Below, piece by piece: positions 55,011 through 64,000 of a stretch of 64,000 nucleotides of DNA. The DNA is from Octopus vulgaris (Eukaryota), in the NCBI GenBank assembly GCA_951406725.2, contig OX597823.1, positions 59,272,001 to 59,336,000 of the forward strand. The letters are read 5' to 3'. The position numbers and the translations under genes were made by a program. Under the pieces are notes generated by a model. The model was given only the letters and a program-made list of their open reading frames with translations. It was not told the DNA's origin and ran no database searches. The stretch's first letter is position 1. Every line of letters begins with the position of its first letter.

Positions 55011-56094
55011 AACATTCTTTGCATTCTGTGACAGTTGTAAACGAGCATCACCATTATACAAGTGGTATCTTTTGTTTCCAATCATGTATGAAAACATGCC
55101 TGGCTATGAGGAAATATTATCTTGCTTGGGAACAGATGATGGTTGGTGACAGGAAGAGTATGTGGCTATAGAAAATTCTGCTTCAACAAATTTGTCCAAC
55201 TCATGCAAGCATGGAAAACTGACATAAGAACAATTATGATGAACGTGATTTCTTCTAAAATGGTCTGAATTCTACAAAGTTTGCCAATCAATGTGACCAC
55301 CACTCAGGAATACTCATCTCACTTTTCGCTCCTCTTCTCATTACCCATAATCTGTTCCCACAGCAAACACTTTGCCAAACTTTTCCTTTCCCCTTCCTAC
55401 AACATTCAATGCTTCTGGAACTTTCCATGACATTTTTGCTGCTGGTATTTCGTAGTTGTTAAAGAAAACCATCAACTGTACTGATATTGCTATTCTTGAA
55501 TAAGGCAGTGAGCTGGCAAAAACATTACTGCATCAGGCAAATTGCTTAGTGGCATTTTGTGTCTTCACATTCTGAGTTCAAATTCCACTGAGGTCGATTT
55601 TGACTTTCATACTTTTGTGGTCGATAAAAATAAGAACCAGTTGAAATATGGGGTTGGTGTAATTGACTTACTCCCACTCCAAAATTGCTGGCTTTGTGTC
55701 AAAATTTGGAACCTATATTACTGGTATTGGAGAACTTGAAAATTGTCTTGGACACTACTCCTTCCTTCCAAATGATTAAAACAAATATTATTAGCTTCCA
55801 GTCTCTGACAGAGTTGAATTGGTACAGTGGTAGAATGGTTAGAGTGGTAGTGTTGTTAGATTTGTAAAGAGTGTATAGATGTATACTATGTATAGATACT
55901 ACAAAGTATTTGCTCCAGTTCTCCCTTCTTTGAATTCAAATTGTGTTGAGGTTAACTTTACGGTTCTTCAACATTTTGTAGTCAGGGATGTGGAGTGGCA
56001 GAATACACATGTCTGTTATGGGTAAAATATCAATATTAACATTTCCTCCTAGATTATTGAAATCAAAAACAGCAAGAAAAATATGAGCAAGGAG

Positions 56095-56492
56095 ATGCAG
56101 ATATGGATGTATGGTAAGCGGTTTATTTCCCAACCACACCGTTCTAAGTTCAGTCCCACATTGTGGCACTTTGGGTAAGTGTCTCAGGCAGGTTGACCAA
56201 AGCCTTATAAGTGGATTTGGTAGACAGAAACTAAAAGAAGCCTATAGTATGTATACATGTGTGTGTGTGTGTGTGTGTCCGTGTATTTGTGTGTTTGACC
56301 CCTATCAATGCTTAGCAACCAGTGTTGGTATGTTATGTGCCCATAACTTAGTAATTCAGCAAAAGAAACTGAAAGGATAAACATCAGGCTTCAAAGCATA
56401 AACATAAGCACTGGGATCGATTTGTTCAAATAGAATTCCTCAAGGCAGTGCACCAACTAATGACTGAAACAAGTAAGAGATAAAAGATAAAA
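56095..56492 (+). mobile_element. SINE family B (CpG-decayed)
   Basis: Family-B layout with tail. Confidence 0.85.
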
Positions 56493-57718
56493 GGAATGGA
56501 GAACATACCAAAATTTCTAATATAAAACTATGGTAGAATTTTGTAATTTAAATATAAACCTTTTAAAAAATGAGGCAGTCTCGGATAAATTAATAACAAA
56601 AAAGTTTAAAATGCCAACATTTCCCAGTTTATATGAATGGACATGTTCACAATTAGAAGCAATTTATGGAGCACATTGATCAAGAAGAAACAAGTTTTAC
56701 ATTTTCAAAGTTGACCTTTTGAATTTTTTTTTTATTTGTAAATGTAACTTAGTCCTATTTATTTTTGAACAGACAGCACAATTTCATTGAAAAATAAGTA
56801 AGGAAGAAAGTGCAATTGTAAATATTTATAGCTTCTTTAACAATTACAAAGTGAAAAAAGAACATTTATATTTGATATTAAAATTGAAATAATAGTAGAA
56901 ATAACAAAATAAACGAATAACTTTGTTGTTCTTTAAAAAAAAAAAGAAGATTTTACATAAATTCTGCCTAACATCGTAGTTAAATATAGTTGAAACATTT
57001 CCTACCTTATGTACAAAATATTGGCTGTTCTTTGTGAAGCTGAATTAAGCAATATATATATAACAATAGTTTGAAATACTTATGTGTCTTTAAAGGTTGA
57101 ATTGCTGAAAGCAATAAATCAAATATCTATTCTCAATGGTATTGATTTCTAATCAAATTTTTTTTTTCTAAGATTTTAATCTTGATCTTTTTTTGTTGAA
57201 TTTACTTTTTAAATTTGACATTTATTCTATTTAACGTACTCATGTTTTGATGTTTTTTTTCTTTCAATTTTTTTTTATTTATTATACTTTAAAAAAAAGT
57301 ATTTTACCTTTTTTCTGTTATCCTCATCAAAGATATCAAATTTAAACAATTATACCCAATTTAAAATCGCCCTTTAGTGAAGATGCTGCTATATTTTTCT
57401 CAGTGAATGAACAAAGTTTGTCCTCAAGTTTAATATGTCTGACTGTCATTAATTTAAAATTTATAACCTAAACAAATGAACCATGGTATAAAAGTTATTG
57501 CTTAAGACATAACAAAATACTTTTGCTTTAAATAAAACGTTTCATAAAAAAAAAAATTATTTGAAAGTATATAAATAGTGTCAAAATTGGAATTTTGAAA
57601 TGACTAAAGATTTAAGTGAGATTAAAGATATCTGGAATTTATAAAGCAAATACTAAAGAATGAAAAAAATACACACATCATGTAGTGATATTAGATACAT
57701 GTGTATGTATATATATAT

Positions 57719-57783
<65 letters not shown>

Positions 57784-57811
57784 TATATACATATATATGT
57801 ATATATATGTA

Positions 57812-57860
<49 letters not shown>

Positions 57861-58429
57861 GAATGTTTTAATTTCATAGCTAAAAGAATATGTCCATTCT
57901 GATTTTATACATTTATCATTTTCAGATTATCCCTGCTGAATGGCATAAAAGTATAATATACTGACAAATAATAAGGCTTATGAAAATAATGCAGAATTTG
58001 CAGAAAATGTATACTTGGTGATTCAGATTAAAAATCTGAAGCTTGTGTTTATTAGGAATTCTGAATACAATAAGCTAAGAAAAATTTGGTATATTTATAT
58101 AAAAGCAGAAATTCCTTTTTATTTTTTTTTTTTACCTTATAAATTTGGCAAACCTGAAAAGATTGAGAATTTTTGTATTTGTTTTCAAAAGATAGAATTA
58201 AAGAAGAATAGAACAGGAATTTAAAAGTGTTCAATACATATTGAGAAAGCTGCTATCATTTTTGGTTGCTATTTTGTTTTTAGTATTTTTTTACAAAAAG
58301 GAAGTGAGTTGATAGAATTATTTACATGCTTGATAAAATGCTTAGTGGTATTTCATCTGTCTTTATGTCCTGAGTTCAAATTCCACCAAATACACATATT
58401 CAGAAAGGAGAACGCAGTGCTAATCACTT

Positions 58430-58835
58430 AAAGTAAATTAAAGGTGTGGAAAAGGGTGACCCAGGAAGACAAAGTATTGAAGGCTGATCTCAAACAGCTG
58501 AACCTTATGACAGGGATTACAGAGGACCAAGATATGTGGTGCATTGCTACGCACCCACTACAACAGAACTGAGATCCTAAAACCAAGGTGCTACATAAAA
58601 TGCATTGGTATAGGTACTGGTGCCATGTAAAAAGCACTGGTGACAGAGCCACATTAAAAGCGCCCAGTACACTCTGTCAGGTGGCTGGGTTTAGGAAGAG
58701 CATCCAGCCGTATATATCAAGTCAAAACAAACTATGGAACCTGGTTCAGCCCCTGATCTTGCCAGGTCCTGCCAAGCTATCCAACCCATGCCACATGATC
58801 AATGAGTATTAAACGTTGACGATGATGATGATGAT
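58430..58835 (+). mobile_element. RTE-like LINE 3' end
   Basis: G*PRKT..VLKADLKQLNL...EDQDMW remnant, then AGGAAGAGCATCCAGCCGT 3'UTR and (GAT)n tail. Similar tails occur at ~51010-51120 and ~55130-55245. Confidence 0.6.
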
Positions 58836-59699
58836 ATATACATATGTATATGCTTAATGTTTTGGACTAATGGTTATATCCCAATTAGTGTAGAACATTG
58901 GCACCGTTTGGCTGCGTGGTGTCATCTGCAGTCGAGGCATATTTCTGTTGGATCTACTTCAGGAACTCTGCAGTGTTAGCTGAGATAATGACCAAATCCA
59001 TCTTCTGGTTACTTCATAAATTATCATTATGTGTGTGTGTGCATGCGTGTATACACACAAACATACCTGCACATATAATCACATACATATATATGCAAAT
59101 AAATACATATAGGGTATAAAAATATACAGAACAGCAAGAAGAAATTACATAATTTCTTTTAACTTGACAGCTGTTTCAGGAAGCTCATAGTTATGTAATT
59201 TGCAGATGGTACTCGTATATGCAAAAAGTCCTGGAGATGCAACCAGTAGACTGTGACACAGAGATATTACTATAAACCAGCACCCCTTATGAAAAGTGAA
59301 TATCTAATTTCATAACTGAAAGCTTTTGAAATTAGATTATGCCCTATTCTTATTTTAGTCACTTTTTTCAGATGACCCTTGTGAAACAGTACAAGAGCAA
59401 GATACATACCCTAATTAAGGCTTATATAACTAATTCAGAATTACAGAAAAATTATCCTTACTACTTAAGAAAGTAAATATTTAAAATATCTAAAGTATGC
59501 TTTAGTTATGTATCCCTTATACATACTTATATAAGTTAAAGTGGTTGTGTTTGGCAAAAATCAGAGAAGTGTAGTCTTTTACAATATTTCTTTATACTTT
59601 TTGATGTTCTAAGTTCTTATCCCTACCTTTAGTAGAGTTTGTTTGATTGTTTATACTTAGATAATCTCTGGCTTAGTGTAACACGATTTTTGTCCTTGG

Positions 59700-59965
59700 G
59701 TAGCAACTGTTATTTCATATTTGCTTACCCCTAGAAAGATTGGGAAATGGCTAATATTTTCTTCAAACTTTGGTTCAGTTACATTTATTCACATCCAAAA
59801 GAATCCCTCTCGACACATGACTATAATGCTCCCCCACTACTCCTGCTCATGATCAGGGATGCACATATCTTCAACCACTGAGGGACATGTTGAGGTATTC
59901 ATGGTCAAGCAACTGACAAGGAAATTTGTGGTATTGAGCAGAATATTTGCTATAAAGATATTTCT
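59700..59965. repeat. Unclassified interspersed repeat, second copy at 60625-60875
   Basis: Diverged ~260-bp blocks from GTTATTTC.TATTTGCTTACCC to GTGGTATTGAGCAGAATATTTGCTATAA. Confidence 0.8.
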
Positions 59966-61267
59966 GCCACAGTAACTCAGCACTGAATCTGTCTGAAATG
60001 TAATGGAAAATAGGTCATTTTCGAAACATTGATGTCCAAGTCATAAAAGCAAAGTTTGAAGGGAATAGTAGTCATTTCCTTTGATTTCTAGATAGAAGCA
60101 AATAGAAAATTACATTTACTGGCCAAAGGCAAAAAACTAAAATTTTGTTACACTGTATAACTGGAGGTGTTCCAGCCATAAATATGCCAGTTTTTTTTTT
60201 ACAGATATAAAGACATAATGTATCTGGATTGGACTGGATGTTTGACCAACAATATACACAAACCACAGTCCTTTGATGCCAGACTATCACATGCACAGGT
60301 TGTGGAGATTCTTATCACTTTTATGAGTGCATGGTTAAACCAGCCACATCACTTCCTCTTACCTTACAATATTTGTAATATGGTGTGTCAAAGTAATATT
60401 CTGTACTTGAAACTATTATATTTTGATCTTCAAATATTGTGAATCATATTTTGTATTCTGTATTGCAAACTCTGAAATATTACTTTCAAAATTTATGCAT
60501 CTTTCTTTCTACTTTTTACTGGTTTTAGTCATTAGACTGTGGCCATAAGTTTGTTTTATAAGCAGGAAGAGTGGGGACAAACATGCACACACTCAATTGA
60601 ATCTATCTGTCTGTCTATCTAAATATGTTATTTCCTATTTGCTTACCCTTAGAAAGTTTGAAAAATGGCTAATATTTCCCCCAAATTTTGCTTTCCTTTC
60701 ATTTATTCAAATCCCCAAAGAATCCCTTTCAGTACATTGTTATGATGCTCTCACCACTACTTCTATTCATGATCAGAAATGCACATATTGTCACTCACTA
60801 AGAGACATGCTCAAGTGGTCAACTGACAAGTAGATCGGTGGTATTGAGCAGAATATTTGCTATAACAATATTTCTCCACTCTCCTTGCTTATCAACCAGT
60901 GTTGGTATGTTTACATCCCTATAACTTTTCAGTTCAGCAAAAGAAACCAGTACAACAAAACAAACTTAGAAATAAATATCATCATCATCATCGTTTTGTT
61001 TTTGTTCAGTTTCCTTGTATGTCTCTACTGTCATTATTTTTTTGTTCCCAACTTTGACCCTCCATAAATCCTAAATTTTATCTTAGAATTTATGGGAGCA
61101 ACTGTCTTTGAAGACTCATATTGTCATTGAAAGCTCGAAATGAGGAATAAATAGACAGCCAGCAACTGATGAAGGGTCCTTTCACTGTGCTTGCTTGTTT
61201 TGTTTTCTATTTTTTCTCGTTGCTTACATATTTCATGTTATTTGCACTGTTGGTGATGTCCTGTGCA

Positions 61268-61339
<72 letters not shown>

Positions 61340-61973
61340 TGTGTATGACAGGCATCTTCACAATTTCCATCTACCAAAATTATTTACAGTGCATTGGTTA
61401 GTCCAGGGTTATAGTAGTAAACATTTGTACAAGGCGCTGAATCCCAAAATCACATGTTCACCTTATGCCAACATTTGAAGCTGTTTCAAGGCAGTAAACT
61501 AGGAGAATCAATAGCATTCAAAATATAAAGACAAACGAAAATGATGCAAAACATTTCGTCTGTCTTTACATTCTGAGTTCAAATTCCAATGACATGGTCA
61601 ATAAATTAAGTACCACTGTGGTCAAATATTAGACCTTGTGCCTATAGTAGAAGGATTATTATTATAGTTTGTTACCAGGGCAATGGATTTGTAGAATTGT
61701 TAAAGCACTGTAACTAGCAAGTGTTCTTTGTATCTAGGGTTCAAATCCTGTCAAAGTCAATTTTGCCTTTCACCTTTGTTGGTGGCAGTGCTGGGGTGGG
61801 GGAGATCAATAGAATTTAGTACCAGTTAAGTTAGGGTCAGTCATGATCCCAAAGATTCACAAAGTTAGAATTTAACTGAATTTTCAGAGCATATAAGTGA
61901 CTAAGATTATGATACAAACTTCCTCCTCCATCAAATGGGACACAGATCCATCATAGGGTTAACTTCCCAGCTA

Positions 61974-62185
61974 CGAAGGGGTGCTGAAAAGTTCTTGGCT
62001 TTAAGAGTATTGTGTATGGCTTGGTTGGAGGCCCAAACCCTGCAGATTATTTTACAGAGCTTAGAAAAACTGAAAGACTGTTGCATTAAGTGTGTGAATC
62101 TGAGAGGGGAATATGCTGAATAAAATCATAATTAATATTTCTGTATTTTCTTTTACCCAGAACCAGGAACTTTACAGCACCATCG
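61974..62185. mobile_element. Mariner-type MITE (same family as 8668)
   Basis: TA|CGAAGGGGTGCTGAAAAGTTCTTGG ... CCAGGAACTTTACAGCACCATCG. Confidence 0.85.
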
Positions 62186-62204
62186 TGTGTATGGGTGTGT
62201 TTTT

Positions 62205-62239
<35 letters not shown>

Positions 62240-62543
62240 TGTGTGTGTTATATATATATATATATATGATGACCATACACATCGCTGGTCACAATGCGCT
62301 TTGCATTATTTTATATATGCCACCCTGTTGGCTATAGTTGTGGCGAAAGAGTACAGCAGGGATCGCCACCACCCCTGCTAGCCTCGTAGCTTTAGATGTT
62401 TTATATACTCACAACATATCAAAACCGCGATCCTACGACTAGTATACTGGGCCATTGCGCCTCCATACATATATATATATATACATACACACACACACAC
62501 ATATATATATAAATATATATACACAAACACACACACACACACA

Positions 62544-62762
62544 CAGGGTGGGGGATTGAAAAGTTCCTGGCTTCAAGAGTATCGGGAAAGGCCTGGTTTG
62601 TGGCCTAACCTTCTGAGTTCTTTTACAGGGCTTAGAAAAGCTGAAGGACTGCTGCAATAAGGGTATAAATCTGAGGGGGGAATATGTTGAATAAAATCAT
62701 AATTAACTGATCTTCTTGCATTTTCTTTTACTCAAAGCCAGGAACTTTTCAGCACCATCTCA
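62544..62762. mobile_element. Mariner-type MITE (same family as 8668)
   Basis: TGAAAAGTTCCTGGCTT ... AAGCCAGGAACTTTTCAGCACC. Confidence 0.85.
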
Positions 62763-63517
62763 TACTTCAGGAACTCACTTACAATTGAGGGTGACTGGAG
62801 CGACACATGAAATGAAGTATTTTGCTCAAGAACACAACACATGCTCAGTCCAGGGATTGAAATCACATTCTCATGATCATGAGTGCAACTTCGCTAACCA
62901 CCAAGTCATTTACTTTCACAATACCAGTTAAGTACTGGGACTTATTTAATCAGTTAACCATCACTACCACCTCTAAAAAATTCTTTCAGCTTTGTTCTTA
63001 GGATAGAAATCAATATTTTTCATCACTGATTTAATGCAGTATTCTGAAAATTATTGTTTAGAAACTGGAACACATATTTGTTTGATAAGAATGGATTTCC
63101 TGTGTCTTTTGATCACCAATTTATATTTTACTTCTTTTACTTATATATCTTTACAGAAACAATTGTGTAACAAGAAATCACATTTCCATTCTATTTGTCG
63201 TCTTAGTTGATTGTCTAAGCCATTCTAGATTAAGTGTCAATCTCAATAGTGTAGCATGCTTAGAGAAGAAAATTTAGCATTTATTTTTATCTACCAAATA
63301 ATTTATAACAGCAACCCATATATTTCACTTTATTTTCGCATACATCTTTGTCGGCTTTTATTTTTCCCTAAGAAACAGTTTTATCTCTATTTGATGGATT
63401 GTTATGGCATTTTCTTATTAATTTTCTTAATGTTCAATAACAATTTGGTAAATGAAAATATATCTTTATGAGGAACATTTTAAGAGATTCCATTTCAAGA
63501 ACATAAAATTGTTTCAG

Positions 63518-63594
63518 GTGCTTTATGGAAAATCTAGTGAAATACAACAGCTATTGTACCTTCAGAAAAATGATGTTGGGGATGGAGTATATTG
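63518..63594 (+). other. Candidate 77-nt coding exon, product unrecognised
   Basis: TTTCAG| open frame VLYGKSSEIQQLLYLQKNDVGDGVY |GTATGA in repeat-free, CpG-poor sequence; could be chance. Confidence 0.25.
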
Positions 63595-64000
63595 GTATGA
63601 TATGAGAATGAAATTTATGAAATCGTAGCATAAATATCGGATCAGCAGAAATGGGATAGGTGAAATGGATAGAAGAAAATATGGAATAAGATATAAGCTA
63701 TTTTTAACAGTGAATATTCTAGATGATATATTTTCAAAGAACCTTTCAGCAATCTTTCTTTTAATTATGGGCTACTTGGAACTCATGAATAATTTTGACA
63801 ATCATAATTCACAGAAAGTTTCAAGAATTACTTAGACAATTTTTGAATAGTTGAAACATTAAATATGCTCTACTCTTAAATGACTGAGTAATATTATGAT
63901 CATAAAACTTGAAGAAAGCTGAATAATTTTTATGCTGCATAGCATAGTTAGCTGACTAATGCTGAACAGAAAGTATTTAGAACATGAAGTTAGTATAACA

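Noticed and set aside
57378-57445. C/D snoRNA-like GTGAAGA...CTGA
   Set aside because: Imperfect C box and no terminal stem.

Overview
AT-rich, repeat-dense eukaryotic DNA. The SINE repertoire and extreme microsatellite density point to an octopus (coleoid cephalopod) genome; this is inference, not a database result. No intact protein-coding gene, rRNA, tRNA or CRISPR array is recognisable, and nearly all listed ORFs are microsatellite or SINE artefacts. The window holds dozens of SINE copies from three families, fragments of R4/Dong and RTE LINEs, a decayed mariner, Tc1/mariner and hAT MITEs, two Merlin-type MITEs with 8-bp TSDs and internal TTAGGG repeats, Helitron 3' ends and a 29-bp minisatellite. 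The strongest unexplained signal is a set of short non-coding elements, mostly in or beside (TA)n tracts, carrying type I hammerhead ribozyme folds of the Penelope/retrozyme kind. One has an intact core (27463-27547, minus) and several are single-mutation or decayed copies. Three sequence-unrelated copies share an unusually long (58-65 nt) AT-rich stem II. A switch to CpG-depleted sequence near 47.5 kb suggests the edge of a methylated gene body.
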